59,271 bases of DNA from Verrucomicrobia bacterium UBA1319 (lineage in GTDB: Bacteria > Verrucomicrobiota > Verrucomicrobiia > Limisphaerales > UBA1319). The translations under genes and the position numbers were made by a program. A model generated the notes under the pieces. The model was not told where the DNA came from. It made no database searches and worked only from the letters and a program-made list of their open reading frames with translations. Each line of letters opens with the position of its first letter. The first letter of the stretch is position 1. Shown here piece after piece: positions 1 through 10,655 of the stretch. Where the stretch lies: contig DBTJ01000116.1 in NCBI GenBank assembly GCA_002306985.1, positions 68 to 59,338 of the forward strand, given 5' to 3'.

Positions 1-341
1 AGCCCAACGGCCAGCTTTACCAGGGTCCGTTTTTCCAGGCTGCCCCGGATCTGCGTCGCGCGCGCGCTTAGGTTTGCTTGCTGACGGAATATCGGATGCG
101 CGAGCATACGATCTTCCCGTGTGTAGATTGCCAGCTCCGCTTGACTGGGATCGGTAAAACGAACCCGGTTGCGGGACGCCAGGTCTATGGTTAGTCGGGC
201 AAAGGGAATGGCCCAAACGTCCGGCCCGGATTGGAATCGGATCCCTTCCGGATCCACCTGGATTTCCCCGGCCAGTTCCCCGCCGAGCGAACCTGGAGGT
301 ACGCAAGCTCCTTGATACCCGGTGGATCGAACTTCGCTCAC
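1..341 (-). CDS. 5' part of a membrane-anchored protein (possibly M48-family metallopeptidase N-terminus), truncated by the window edge
   Basis: Stop-free frame from GTG at 341, just after the cutC stop: MSEVRSTGYQGACVPPGSLGGELAGEIQVDPEGIRFQ...RGSLEKRTLVKLAVG running off the edge. Not in the ORF track. The product is a guess from architecture only. Confidence 0.5.
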   Translation of the reverse strand, partial: MSEVRSTGYQGACVPPGSLGGELAGEIQVDPEGIRFQSGPDVWAIPFARLTIDLASRNRVRFTDPSQAELAIYTREDRMLAHPIFRQQANLSARATQIRGSLEKRTLVKLAVG

Positions 342-354
342 GCGCGGAAAGGGG

Positions 355-1095
355 TTAGAGTTTCTGGGCTACCTCGACGACGGCGTGCACCGCGCGCTCA
401 TCGGTGGATTTCCAGGCGAATTCGGGCGGACGCAACGCTCCGCCCATAAAACAGCGGTTATTGCGATATCGCATGCGGCTTTCCGTGCCGGTGCGGGCGC
501 TCATGTGAATTTCTTTGACGCCGGTGGTTTGGACGATTTTTTGGAGGTTGCGGGGGGTTACGCCGCCGCCGGGCATGATGATGATGCGGCCGGCCGCTTG
601 TTTTTGCAACGTGGCAATGAGTTCCATTCCTTCAAAAGCCGAGCCTTCCTGGCCCGAGGTAAGTACCCGTTCGATGCCGAGCGAAATGAGCTGTTCCAGA
701 GCGGCGTGCGGATCGCGACACATGTCGAAGGCGCGGTGAAAAGTCACTTTCATCGGGCGCGCCGCCGCGAGCAGCGCCTGGGTTTGCGGCAAGTCGATGT
801 CGCCTTCGGCGGTGAGGCAGCCAATGACAACGCCATCGGCGCCCGATTCTTTGGCGAGGCGGATGTCTTCGAGCATGACCGCGGTTTCCGTGCTGGAATA
901 AAGAAAATCGCCGCCGCGCGGGCGGATGATCACATGAATAAGGATCTTGGAAATGTTGCGCGCCACCTTGAGGCAGCCAGCGCTGGGGGTGGTGCCCCCT
1001 TCTAGGAGATTATCGCACAGCTCCACTCGGTCCGCCCCGCCCCGCTCGGCGGCCAGGACCCCTTCGGCCGAGTCCACACAGATTTCGATTTTCAT
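355..1095 (-). CDS. cutC: Copper homeostasis protein CutC
   Basis: MKIEICVDS...GADRVELCDNLLEGGTTPS, VIIRPRGGDF, TFHRAFD, RVLTSGQ, IMPGGGV motifs; start moved to ATG 1095. Confidence 0.95.
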   Translation of the reverse strand: MKIEICVDSAEGVLAAERGGADRVELCDNLLEGGTTPSAGCLKVARNISKILIHVIIRPRGGDFLYSSTETAVMLEDIRLAKESGADGVVIGCLTAEGDIDLPQTQALLAAARPMKVTFHRAFDMCRDPHAALEQLISLGIERVLTSGQEGSAFEGMELIATLQKQAAGRIIIMPGGGVTPRNLQKIVQTTGVKEIHMSARTGTESRMRYRNNRCFMGGALRPPEFAWKSTDERAVHAVVEVAQKL

Positions 1096-1202
1096 GCCGC
1101 CAATATAGCAGGCGGGCGAGAAATGGCAGCAGCAAAACGCCGGGGACCAAGAAATTCGATCACGCTTGCGTTGCCCGCCCCCGGGCACTTTAATGAGAAT
1201 GT

Positions 1203-4200
1203 ATGGCGCAAGCGGATTTTGTCCATCTACACCTGCATACCGAATACTCGCTGCTGGACGGCGCGTGCCGTTTGGATCGACTGGTAGCCAAGGCTAAGGA
1301 ACTCGAGTTCCCGGCCATGGCCATCACCGATCACGGCGTGCTGTTTGGCGCCATCGATTTTTACAAAGCCGCCAAGGAGAAGGGAATCAAGCCCATCATT
1401 GGTTGCGAAGTTTACGTGGCGCCCGGTAGCCGTTTCGAGAAAAAGACCTCCGCCGGCGGCCGCGATGTGTACCACCATTTGGTGCTGCTCGCCGCCAATG
1501 AACAGGGTTATCGCAACTTGATCCGGCTGGTTACCGCCGGCCATCTGGAAGGCTACTATTACAAACCCCGCATCGACAAGGAACTGCTGGCGAAACATCA
1601 GGAAGGTTTGATCGCGCTGACCGCGTGCCTCGGCGGCGAGATCCCCGAACTCATCGTGCGGGATGAGCCGGATAAAGCCCGCGCCAGCATTGATTGGTAC
1701 AAGCAGGTTTTTGGCCCCGAGCGGTTTTATCTGGAACTGCAAAATCATCAGCTGGCCGAACAGCAAAAAGTCAATCGGCAGTTGCTCGAGTGGTCCAAGG
1801 AATTTGGCCTTAAGCTGGTGGCGACCAATGACGTGCATTACCTGGAAAAAAAGCATTCGCACGCGCATGACACGCTCATTTGCATCGGTACGCAGACGGT
1901 GTTAAGCGACACCAAACGGATGCGCTACGCTCCGGAGCAGTTTTATTTGCGATCGGCGGAGGAGATGAAGGCGCTCTTCAGCGAGGTTCCCGAGGCGATC
2001 AAGAACACGCTGGCAATCGCGGAGATGTGCAATGTCAGCATCGAGTTCGGTAAGTTGCATTACCCGGTGTTCGATCCGCCCAAAGAATTCACCCGGGAAG
2101 CCTATTTGCGGCATTTACTGGCCGATGGTTTGAAGCTCCGATACGGCTTGAACACCCACGTCGATGGTAGCGAGTTCGTGGTCGAATCCGTGGAAGATCC
2201 CCGACAATTGCCAACCTACGCGGCGGAAGTAGAAAAACTGGGGACAACGGGGACCGGCATCACCGATCCAGCCGTCAAAGCCGCCATCGACGCGGTTATT
2301 AACCGGGTGCAAACCGAGCTCAAAACGATCGAGAAAACCGGGTTTGTCAGCTACTTTTTGATCGTCGGCGATTTCGTGCAATACGGCCGCAAAATGGGCG
2401 TTTCGTGCGTGGCGCGCGGTTCCGCCGCCGGTTCCATCGTCACCTACTTGCTGGCCATTTCCAACGTGGACCCGTTGCGCTATTGCCTCCTGTTCGAACG
2501 CTTCCTGAATCCGGAACGCGTTAACCCGCCCGATATCGATATCGACTTCGCCGATGACCGGCGGGCCGACGTCATCGAGTACGTGCGTCAGAAATACGGG
2601 CGGGATTCGGTGGCCCAAATTGTCACTTTTGGCACAATGGGCGCCAAATCGGTGGTGCGCGACGTAGGCCGCGCCATGGAACTAGGCTATGCGGAGTGCG
2701 ACCGCCTGGCGAAGATGATTCCTAACGAGCTGAAGATGGATTTGGAAAAGGCGCTCAAAACCTCGCCCGAATTCAAGGCCGCTTACGATACGGAGGAAGC
2801 CACCCGCGAATTGCTCGACACGGCGTTTGTGCTGGAGGATCTCACGCGCAACGCTTCGGTGCACGCGGCGGGCGTGCTGATCGGGGATCAGCCCCTGGTG
2901 AATCTGTTGCCCCTCAAGCAGGATGAGGATGGCTCGGTGGTCACCCAATATCCGATGGGCCCGGTCGGCGAGATGGGCCTGTTAAAGATGGATTTTCTGG
3001 GGCTCAAGACCCTGACCGTCATCCGCAACGTCGTGGAAATGGTGAAGCAAACGAGGGGTATGGATATCCCCATCGATAAGCTGCCATTGGACGACGAGAA
3101 AACGTATAGCTTACTCAACCAGGGCAACACGGTGGGCGTGTTCCAATTGGAATCCGGTGGCATGCGGGATCTGTGCCGCAAATTCCAAATCAGTTCCGTC
3201 GAGCATATCACGGCGTTGATCGCGCTTTATCGCCCGGGTCCCATGGACCTCATACCGGACTTCATTAAACGACGGCATGGCGAAGTGGCCATCGAATATG
3301 CCCATCCGTTGCTGGAATCCATCAGCAAAGAGACTTACGGCATCCTGATTTATCAGGAGCAGGTCATGCAGGCCACGCAGGTTTTGGCGGGGTTTTCGCT
3401 GGGCGCCGCCGACGTGCTGCGGCGCGCCATGGGCAAGAAGAAGATCGAGGAAATGCAGAAGCAGCGCGACAAATTCGTCAAAGGTTGCGCGGCGACGCAT
3501 CAGATTCCCGCGGACAAGGCGAATGAGGTCTTCGATTTGCTCGAAAAATTCGCCGGGTACGGTTTCAATAAATCGCACGCGGCCGCCTACGCGATAGTCG
3601 CCTATCAGACGGCTTATCTTAAGGCCAATTACCCGGTCGAATTTCTGTGCGCCATGATGACCAACGACATGGGCGACACCGATAAAGTCACCATTCTCAT
3701 CAATGAAGCGCGCATCATGGGGGTTTCGGTGCTGCCGCCCGACGTCAACGAAAGCCAAGTGGTCTTTGCCCCCGCCAAAGAGGGAACGGCGGTTCGGTTC
3801 GGCATGGCCGCCATTAAGGGCGTGGGTGAAGTGGCGGTGGAGAGTATTCTTAAGGCGCGCGCCGCCGGGGACCGGTTCAAATCGCTGGAAGAGCTCTGCG
3901 AACGGGTGGATAACCGAACGGTGAACCGCAAGGTGTTGGAAGCGCTGATTAAGAGTGGCGCCTGCGACGTGCTAGGCGGCACGCGCGCCTCTATGTTTGC
4001 CCGCATTGACCGCGCCCTAACCCGGGCGGCGAGTGTCAACCAGGACAAGGCGCGCGGCCAAGGTTCGCTTTTTGACAATTTGTTTGGCGGCGACCAGCCG
4101 GTCACCGCCGGCCCCGCTGATACGCTTCCCGAATGGCCGGAGAGCGAACGCCTGACCGCCGAGAAAGAATTGCTGGGCTTCTACGTGACCGGCCATCCGA

Positions 4201-4835
4201 TGATGCCTTTCCTGCCTCTGGTGCAGAAATACGCGTTAACGGACATCGCCGGCTTGAGCAATCTTCCCAATCGCAGCATCACCCGGGTCGGCGGCTTGGT
4301 ATCCGTCGTCCAGCAGGGTAATTCGAAAAAGTCGGGCAAGCCGTATGCGTTGGTGACTTTGGAGGATATGGAGAGCAACGTGCAGCTCCTCTGCATGAAT
4401 GAAAACTATGACAAATACCGGGAATTATTCACCGTAGGGATTCCTTTGCTGGCGGTGGCGGAAGTGAACCGGTCGGAAGACAAACCTAAACTGTTTCCGC
4501 AGGAATTAATGCGGTTGGAGGAGGCCCCCCGCCGGTACACGAAACAAGTCCACGCGCGGTTGCATACGGATCAGATAGATGAACAAGCGCTGGCCGATTT
4601 GCGGGACATTATCCAAGCGCACGCGGGAACTTGCCCGTTTATCTTGTGCCTGATTCGGCCGGAAGGCCCCATCGTTTTCATCGAACCTAATTCCCGGTAT
4701 TCGGTGAGCCCATCCATTGAATTGCAGCAGGCCATCGAAACCCGGTTCGGCAAAGACGCCTACTATGCGAAGGCCGATACTTCCGTGCCCGAACGCGCTT
4801 TGCGCAAGTGGGAAAAGAAAAACGGCGATGAATAA
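1203..4835 (+). CDS. dnaE: DNA polymerase III alpha subunit
   Basis: PHP domain (HLHLHTEYSLLDG, TDHG, ATNDVHY), RGSAAGS, PDIDIDF catalytic motif, KMDFLGL, YGFNKSHA, HhH and OB-fold. Confidence 0.98.
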   Translation: MAQADFVHLHLHTEYSLLDGACRLDRLVAKAKELEFPAMAITDHGVLFGAIDFYKAAKEKGIKPIIGCEVYVAPGSRFEKKTSAGGRDVYHHLVLLAANEQGYRNLIRLVTAGHLEGYYYKPRIDKELLAKHQEGLIALTACLGGEIPELIVRDEPDKARASIDWYKQVFGPERFYLELQNHQLAEQQKVNRQLLEWSKEFGLKLVATNDVHYLEKKHSHAHDTLICIGTQTVLSDTKRMRYAPEQFYLRSAEEMKALFSEVPEAIKNTLAIAEMCNVSIEFGKLHYPVFDPPKEFTREAYLRHLLADGLKLRYGLNTHVDGSEFVVESVEDPRQLPTYAAEVEKLGTTGTGITDPAVKAAIDAVINRVQTELKTIEKTGFVSYFLIVGDFVQYGRKMGVSCVARGSAAGSIVTYLLAISNVDPLRYCLLFERFLNPERVNPPDIDIDFADDRRADVIEYVRQKYGRDSVAQIVTFGTMGAKSVVRDVGRAMELGYAECDRLAKMIPNELKMDLEKALKTSPEFKAAYDTEEATRELLDTAFVLEDLTRNASVHAAGVLIGDQPLVNLLPLKQDEDGSVVTQYPMGPVGEMGLLKMDFLGLKTLTVIRNVVEMVKQTRGMDIPIDKLPLDDEKTYSLLNQGNTVGVFQLESGGMRDLCRKFQISSVEHITALIALYRPGPMDLIPDFIKRRHGEVAIEYAHPLLESISKETYGILIYQEQVMQATQVLAGFSLGAADVLRRAMGKKKIEEMQKQRDKFVKGCAATHQIPADKANEVFDLLEKFAGYGFNKSHAAAYAIVAYQTAYLKANYPVEFLCAMMTNDMGDTDKVTILINEARIMGVSVLPPDVNESQVVFAPAKEGTAVRFGMAAIKGVGEVAVESILKARAAGDRFKSLEELCERVDNRTVNRKVLEALIKSGACDVLGGTRASMFARIDRALTRAASVNQDKARGQGSLFDNLFGGDQPVTAGPADTLPEWPESERLTAEKELLGFYVTGHPMMPFLPLVQKYALTDIAGLSNLPNRSITRVGGLVSVVQQGNSKKSGKPYALVTLEDMESNVQLLCMNENYDKYRELFTVGIPLLAVAEVNRSEDKPKLFPQELMRLEEAPRRYTKQVHARLHTDQIDEQALADLRDIIQAHAGTCPFILCLIRPEGPIVFIEPNSRYSVSPSIELQQAIETRFGKDAYYAKADTSVPERALRKWEKKNGDE

Positions 4836-4913
4836 AGACGTTTGCCCTGGAAACCGGGAAACGGCTAATTAAGGCTTGCGTGCCAGGGTCCTTCGGAGGC
4901 AAATAACTCGCCA

Positions 4914-6278
4914 ATGAAGATTCCCTCAAACGAACAGGATGCGGCCCGCGAGGGTTTTCCTCAGCTCGGTTGGATTCGCTTGTTGGCCGTGGGTGCGCTC
5001 GGTCTGTCCTTGTTTTTGCTGTGGGGTTCGCTCTCGGGAGAGAAATTGCCGGGTTGCGGGCTGGAATCGGGTTGCGGTACCGTGCTTCATAGTAAATGGT
5101 CCAAGTTGTTTGGGTTGCCGGTCAGTCTCCCCGCCTTGTTGCTTTACGCGATGATTCTGGCCGTTACGGGATTGCTCCCCCGGGCATTGGGAGTGAAGCG
5201 CCAAAGGTACTGGCGTTTCTTGTTGGCCGCCGCGGCGGCTTTGATTGGGGCGGCGGTGTGGTTCATTAGCCTGCAATTTTTCGTCATCAAAGCGATTTGC
5301 CCGTTTTGCATGGCCGCTCACACCTGCGGCCTAATTGTGGGAACCTTGCTGTTTTGGGCGGCGCCTAGAGGTAAGACGCGGCCATGGGTGACTGGAGTTG
5401 CCTGGCTGGGCTGGTTGGGAGCCGTATTGTTGGCGCTGGGCCAGATAGCCTATCAACCGAAAACATTCGACGTTTTGGCGGTGGCTGCGGAGCCGTTTGG
5501 CCGGACTCGGCCGGATACGAATCATTTCTCGGTAGTCACGACGAATAGCTCCGTCATTGGGGCGGCCACCAACGCCGCCAAGTCCACCGCATTGGTAACG
5601 AGCTCGGAAATGCCCAAGGCGCCCCGGACTATTGAATTGCATGGCGGCGTGTTCAACTTGGCGTTGGATGAAGTGCCGTTGATGGGATCGCCGAACGCGC
5701 CGTTTGTCATCGTGCATCTGTTTGATTACAGCTGCCAGCATTGCCGTCGGCTGCATCCTATCTTGACGCGCGCAATTCAGGAGCTGAGCAATCAAGTGGC
5801 CATTATCAGCTTGCCCGTACCGCTGGCCACCAATTGCAACCGATTGGTCAAACGGCCTATTCCCGACCACGTTAATGCCTGCGAATACGCCTATGATGGC
5901 TTGGCGCTATGGCGGGCGAAACGCGCGAAATTACCGGAATTCGAGGATTGGATATTCGCCCCTTTACGCCCCCCCGCCCCCCCTGAGGCGCGCGCGGAAG
6001 CCATGCGCTTGGCGGGCACCAATGATTTTGCGGACGCGTTGAAAGATCCCTGGATCAAAGAGCAATTAGCGGTCAACATTCGCATCTATGAAACCAACTA
6101 TGCGCGCTACCGCCGGTCTCAATTGCCGCAATTGATGATTGGCACCAACATTGTCACTGGGGTGCTGCGCTCGGTGGATGATCTCTATCAACTGATATCG
6201 GCGCAATTCCCCATCCAATTGCCCGTCGGGGCAATGGCAAATAAAACCAATAGCTCCGCGCAATTTCCGTCGAAGTGA
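4914..6278 (+). CDS. Vitamin K epoxide reductase (VKOR) domain fused to DsbA-like thioredoxin domain
   Basis: Loop cysteines GCGLESGC..VLHSKWSKLFGLPVS, TM helices, CPFC redox motif; C-terminal FDYSCQHC thioredoxin motif. Confidence 0.88.
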   Translation: MKIPSNEQDAAREGFPQLGWIRLLAVGALGLSLFLLWGSLSGEKLPGCGLESGCGTVLHSKWSKLFGLPVSLPALLLYAMILAVTGLLPRALGVKRQRYWRFLLAAAAALIGAAVWFISLQFFVIKAICPFCMAAHTCGLIVGTLLFWAAPRGKTRPWVTGVAWLGWLGAVLLALGQIAYQPKTFDVLAVAAEPFGRTRPDTNHFSVVTTNSSVIGAATNAAKSTALVTSSEMPKAPRTIELHGGVFNLALDEVPLMGSPNAPFVIVHLFDYSCQHCRRLHPILTRAIQELSNQVAIISLPVPLATNCNRLVKRPIPDHVNACEYAYDGLALWRAKRAKLPEFEDWIFAPLRPPAPPEARAEAMRLAGTNDFADALKDPWIKEQLAVNIRIYETNYARYRRSQLPQLMIGTNIVTGVLRSVDDLYQLISAQFPIQLPVGAMANKTNSSAQFPSK

Positions 6279-6322
6279 TCGGTTTTCACCGGGACTGCGT
6301 CAGGCGGAGCATGGGTGGCCGA

Positions 6323-9300
6323 TTATGGTTTTCGGCTCAGCGTCAACGGCCCGACCCAGCGGGTGTTGTAATTCGTAATCCAGCCGTCATTGGCAAAAAC
6401 GGGACGGAGCTGTCGGCCGTAGGCTTGATCTTCCATGCCATGGAACGGTAGGGGCTCGACGGTGGTGCCGCATGCCACATGGAAATCGGAGTCCTTATCC
6501 CAGCCCACCGAATAGAAAAAGAACTCGCGGACGTAGCCTGGTGGTTCGGACGCGATTTTATCCGCCGCGAAAGCGAGGGTCAGCTCATCGCCGCCATTGA
6601 TGAGCACCAAAGAATTGTCTTTCGCCGCCACCAGTTCATCGACCGAACCATAGCGCGTGCACCAGCCGGCCGGGGTGATTCGCCAGTGGGCGTCCGGCCG
6701 CGCTTTAAGGTAATCGGGCGTGAGCGGGCAATACCAGGGCAAGGGTTGGAAATCGCTGAACCCGCGCCAGTGCAGATCGGTTCTGGTGGGTGCCAGCCGC
6801 GTTATTCGGAGATCCGGATGGGCCGCTTTCTCGAATAGACTGGCTTGGTCCCAATGAAGCTCGTACGCGGTGGAGATTCGCAAACGCCGGGCGCCTTCAG
6901 GCAGCTTGCCGGATAAATCAACCAAGATGGTTTTGGTCTTACCACACGGCACCCCCATCATAAGATCGACCGGTTTCCAAGTTCCTTCCTTAGTGGCGCT
7001 GTCGATTACTTCGACTTCTAATTTCGGAAATGGGAAGGGCAGATTCGGATCCTGCGACGCGGCCACATTCGCCATGCCGCCCCCGAATCGTAGCCAGCCA
7101 TTTAACACCAGCACGAGCGGTCGATTCACAGGCAGCGGGCCGAAATCTAAGGTCACACTGCTCGGTTCGGCCAAGCCGCGCAATTGCGGCACTCGCAACT
7201 GGGTGGGGGAAACAAACCGGCCGTCGGCTGCCCGCAATGTTGCGGTGACATCGGTTCCCCAATGGTTTTCGGCGCGCAGGAGCGGATGCGGGTTTTCAAG
7301 TCCCACGAGTTCATGGGGCACAAAAGGTTTTCCGGGCATCATCTTGCTCGTCGTGTAGACCCGGATGCCCGGCGGATGATCCACAATCACTAACTTGGCT
7401 TCGTCCAAGTACAAAACCTCGCGCAATTCTTCGGTGGTTTGGAGCAAGTATTCGCCGGATTTAGGGATAAAAGTCGTTTTATCGCCCAAAGCGATGTATT
7501 CCTCCGGATCGGCCTCGACGAAACGATCATCGGAAACACGCAAGCCCAAAGGGGACCCGCCTAAAATATCCGTCACAAACCGGAAGGTTTCACCATTCCA
7601 TGCGTACAAGTAGGGGCAGGAACCGGTGGGTTGCTCGATTTCCATCACGGTCCAGACGGTTTTGGGATCGGCGCTTAATTCAAAATTCACCGGGAGCGCC
7701 AGGTCGGACCAGCGAGGTTTGACCACTTCGGGCTTCACCTGCTTGCCCAAGCCAATCTCAATCGGCAGTTCCGTCACGGTGCGCAAGGCGCGCCAGTTGC
7801 CGGCTTTGACTTCTAGGCGTACGCCCAGGCCGCTGGCATTGGAGCGATTGCCCGCCAGCCTCAATTTAAGCAAGTGATTCGCGTTGCCGCCTTCGTTTCG
7901 CAGGAAACGCAAGCCGCCGGCTTCCAAGCCCAAAATAAAGTCAATGTCTCCGTCTTGGTCGAAGTCGGCTGAGAGGATGGAAGTGAAGTTGTCCTGGGCC
8001 AAGGCTTGCAGTCCGAGTTTTTCCGTCATCTCCAGGAAACCAGACTCGCCTTGGTTGCGCCAAATTCGCAGCCCTTTGCCCACCGCGACGATATCCAGCC
8101 AGCCGTCGTTATCGTAATCCACTAATTTGAGAGCGTTCACGGGCCAGCCATTTATGGGGAGGGATAGTTGCCGATCCATGCCGCCAAAGACGATTTCGAT
8201 CCGATTGGCGGCTGCGATGATGAGGTCGGTGCGATAATCGTTATTAAGATCGCCCACGGCAATAACGTTTCCCGCCGGCCAAGCGGCGGGTGGATTGGTG
8301 GGGATGAGGCCTCCCCCTCGTTGCTTGAGCAGGATTAACGGCGGCTGGCCGTCGCGCGCCACAATGAGGTCCATGAGATCGTCTCCATTCCAATCTTCGA
8401 CCGCAATTTGGCGGGCATTCGTGAGGCTGGCGGGAATGCCGGAGGTTGCGGTGATATCCTTAAAATACAGGGGCCCAAGATTGCGGAGAAACTGAGGCTG
8501 ATGGTTAGTGGGGGAAATGGTGAAGAGATCGAGTTTTCCTGTTAGATCGATATCCGCCAGCGCTCCCTCAATGCCCGCGCGCCGTTTCATGCCGGCATTG
8601 GCGGTGACCTCGGTGAAGGCGCCATTGGTGGCGCCCTTAAACAGCTGAATACCCAAGTCACTGCATACGGCCACGTCATCGAAACGATCATTATTGATAT
8701 CCGCCACGAGGCAGCGCGTATATTTTGCTCCGGGCAAACTCGGGAATTTAGGCCCTTGCGGTCGGAACACTCCGTTGGAATTGAGCAGCACCCGAAAGCC
8801 GCCGTCCCTTTCCTGGACAAATAGATCGTTTTGCCCGCGTTGGTTAATATCGATAATGCCCGCCGGCCCGCAATAATTCCGCGCGTCCGCGCCGAAGGCG
8901 ACGGCGGTGATATCCTTAAACACCACCGGTACCGCGTTTGGAACCGGTTCTTCAATTACGAAAGGGGCGCGCACTTCCAGGTAGACGCATTTCTCCGGGT
9001 TGGAGATCGAGGCAGTGACCGCGCTTTTGATTTCCGCATGCCGCCGCGCTTCTTGCTGGGCCTCCTCGGTTTTGCCCTGGCGGGCTAGCACTTGGCTCAA
9101 CACATAATGGGCTGAGGCATGTTGCGGTTCCCATTGAATGACGCTGCGCAGCAACTCGGCGGCCTCCGGGTAGTGCCCGGAATTTTGATGGGCGCGAGCG
9201 AGTTGAAAGCTCACGGCATTGATTTTCACGTCCATATCCAGGCATTCCTGCAAGAATTTGATCGCGTCTTCATTTTTACCCAAACGGAGACAGGCGCAGC

Positions 9301-9664
9301 CGGCCACATACCGGGCTGCCGCGGAATTCGGGTCCAGTTCGAGGGTGGCGACGGCCATGCGCCAGGCGGGTTCATTCAGGCTGGCCAAAAGCAACGCGCT
9401 GGCCAAGTTGAGGTGCGCTTCGGGGCTGGCGGGGCGAAGGGCGAGCGCTTTCTCGAAGGCGGCAATGGCGTTGGTCTGGCCTTGTTCGTATTGGTTTTTC
9501 CCCACGTTCATCCAGTGGTTGAATTCATGGGGCTGAGTGGCTGCTGGCTTGCCGCAAGAGACCAGCGTTAAACAGTAAAGACTGGCAAATGCCAACCCTA
9601 GGAGGGATCGGGCCATTTCACGGGAGCGAGGCATTGAAACCATCAAGTTCATGAGGTCTACCAT
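6323..9664 (-). CDS. TPR + FG-GAP/VCBS + ASPIC/UnbV (CRTAC1-family) protein, probable lipoprotein
   Basis: LVSC lipobox-like signal, TPR helices, repeated DxNxDGxxD Ca-binding loops, SNASGLGVRLEV UnbV motif, C-terminal GSCPYLYAWNG domain. Confidence 0.85.
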   Translation of the reverse strand: MVDLMNLMVSMPRSREMARSLLGLAFASLYCLTLVSCGKPAATQPHEFNHWMNVGKNQYEQGQTNAIAAFEKALALRPASPEAHLNLASALLLASLNEPAWRMAVATLELDPNSAAARYVAGCACLRLGKNEDAIKFLQECLDMDVKINAVSFQLARAHQNSGHYPEAAELLRSVIQWEPQHASAHYVLSQVLARQGKTEEAQQEARRHAEIKSAVTASISNPEKCVYLEVRAPFVIEEPVPNAVPVVFKDITAVAFGADARNYCGPAGIIDINQRGQNDLFVQERDGGFRVLLNSNGVFRPQGPKFPSLPGAKYTRCLVADINNDRFDDVAVCSDLGIQLFKGATNGAFTEVTANAGMKRRAGIEGALADIDLTGKLDLFTISPTNHQPQFLRNLGPLYFKDITATSGIPASLTNARQIAVEDWNGDDLMDLIVARDGQPPLILLKQRGGGLIPTNPPAAWPAGNVIAVGDLNNDYRTDLIIAAANRIEIVFGGMDRQLSLPINGWPVNALKLVDYDNDGWLDIVAVGKGLRIWRNQGESGFLEMTEKLGLQALAQDNFTSILSADFDQDGDIDFILGLEAGGLRFLRNEGGNANHLLKLRLAGNRSNASGLGVRLEVKAGNWRALRTVTELPIEIGLGKQVKPEVVKPRWSDLALPVNFELSADPKTVWTVMEIEQPTGSCPYLYAWNGETFRFVTDILGGSPLGLRVSDDRFVEADPEEYIALGDKTTFIPKSGEYLLQTTEELREVLYLDEAKLVIVDHPPGIRVYTTSKMMPGKPFVPHELVGLENPHPLLRAENHWGTDVTATLRAADGRFVSPTQLRVPQLRGLAEPSSVTLDFGPLPVNRPLVLVLNGWLRFGGGMANVAASQDPNLPFPFPKLEVEVIDSATKEGTWKPVDLMMGVPCGKTKTILVDLSGKLPEGARRLRISTAYELHWDQASLFEKAAHPDLRITRLAPTRTDLHWRGFSDFQPLPWYCPLTPDYLKARPDAHWRITPAGWCTRYGSVDELVAAKDNSLVLINGGDELTLAFAADKIASEPPGYVREFFFYSVGWDKDSDFHVACGTTVEPLPFHGMEDQAYGRQLRPVFANDGWITNYNTRWVGPLTLSRKP

Positions 9665-9737
9665 AGGTTTTTTTGCTGCCAGGCGGCAAGCTCAAGCCAC
9701 TCGGCTCCTCACGGGCAAAAGCACGCGCGGATGGGTT

Positions 9738-10640
9738 TTAGCTCTCGGGTATTCTCAGCGGCTCTTTCTTTCTGAGTTCACTTGGAGAAAGGCCGGTTTT
9801 CTGCTTTAGAAAACGGGAAAAATAGGGGGCGGATTCGAAGCCCAATTCTTCGGCGACCGCATGCACGGGTTTATCGGTATGTTGCAATAAATCTTTGGCG
9901 CGACGCAGGCAAACTTCCAACGCAAACTGCCGAGGCGAGAAGCCGGTTTGAGCTTTAAACAACCGTCGGAAGGCCGAGTAACTCATATGCAATTGGTCCG
10001 CGAAATGTTCCAGCGGGATGGGGGCTACGCTTTGGCGGCTCAGTAGTTGTTTGGCCTCGCGGATGACCTGATCCACCGGGCGCCCCTCATAACTTTTTTG
10101 CCGGATCGCCGACAACGTATGGGCGATAATTTGGATGGCCAAAGCGCCCAAGAGGTATTGGTATTCGGCTGGCTGGCAGCGGGTCACTTCGACGGAATCC
10201 AAAAATAATTGAAGCAATGGTTGCTGCATTCCTATCTTCAGGATCGGGCTCTCCGGCTTGAACGCGGCGTGGAGCATCAGGCGGCGGACATAGTCCCCGT
10301 CGAATTCCACCCAGTATTCATCCCATCCGGTATCTGGATTGGGGTGATATCGGTGCCAGACTTCGGGATAAATGATGAATAAATCTCCAGCTTGAACGGT
10401 TTGCGCACTCCCTTGGCTGGATTCAAAGATGCCTCCGCCGCGGGTAATGTAGAGAAACTGATAAGAATGCAAAGTGCGGCCTAAATCCCAGGTGAAATGG
10501 TGGCTGGCGGGATGCTGGCATGGGGGATAAGCCGACCGTGGCGGCACGAGGGCGAATCCCGCGTCTAAAATATACGCTCCCCAAGCCCGGTTTTCCGGGC
10601 TTACCGGCAAATAACGGAAAAAGGTGCGCGCATCTTTCAT
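9738..10640 (-). CDS. AraC-family transcriptional regulator
   Basis: N-terminal cupin (AGDLFIIYPEVWHRY...WDEYWVEF) and C-terminal double HTH (MSYSAFRRLFK..GFSP, LGFESAPYFSRFLKQKTGLSPSELR). Confidence 0.95.
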   Translation of the reverse strand: MKDARTFFRYLPVSPENRAWGAYILDAGFALVPPRSAYPPCQHPASHHFTWDLGRTLHSYQFLYITRGGGIFESSQGSAQTVQAGDLFIIYPEVWHRYHPNPDTGWDEYWVEFDGDYVRRLMLHAAFKPESPILKIGMQQPLLQLFLDSVEVTRCQPAEYQYLLGALAIQIIAHTLSAIRQKSYEGRPVDQVIREAKQLLSRQSVAPIPLEHFADQLHMSYSAFRRLFKAQTGFSPRQFALEVCLRRAKDLLQHTDKPVHAVAEELGFESAPYFSRFLKQKTGLSPSELRKKEPLRIPES

Positions 10641-10655
10641 TGGTTACAGATAGGT

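Noticed and set aside
322-1005. Long alternative ORFs (also 24918-25811, 25943-26701, 39039-39740, 56014-56964, 58897-59265)
   Set aside because: They are antisense or off-frame shadows of well-supported genes, as expected at high GC.
2146-2290. Intein in DnaE
   Set aside because: Too short, with no Cys/Ser start and no His-Asn end.
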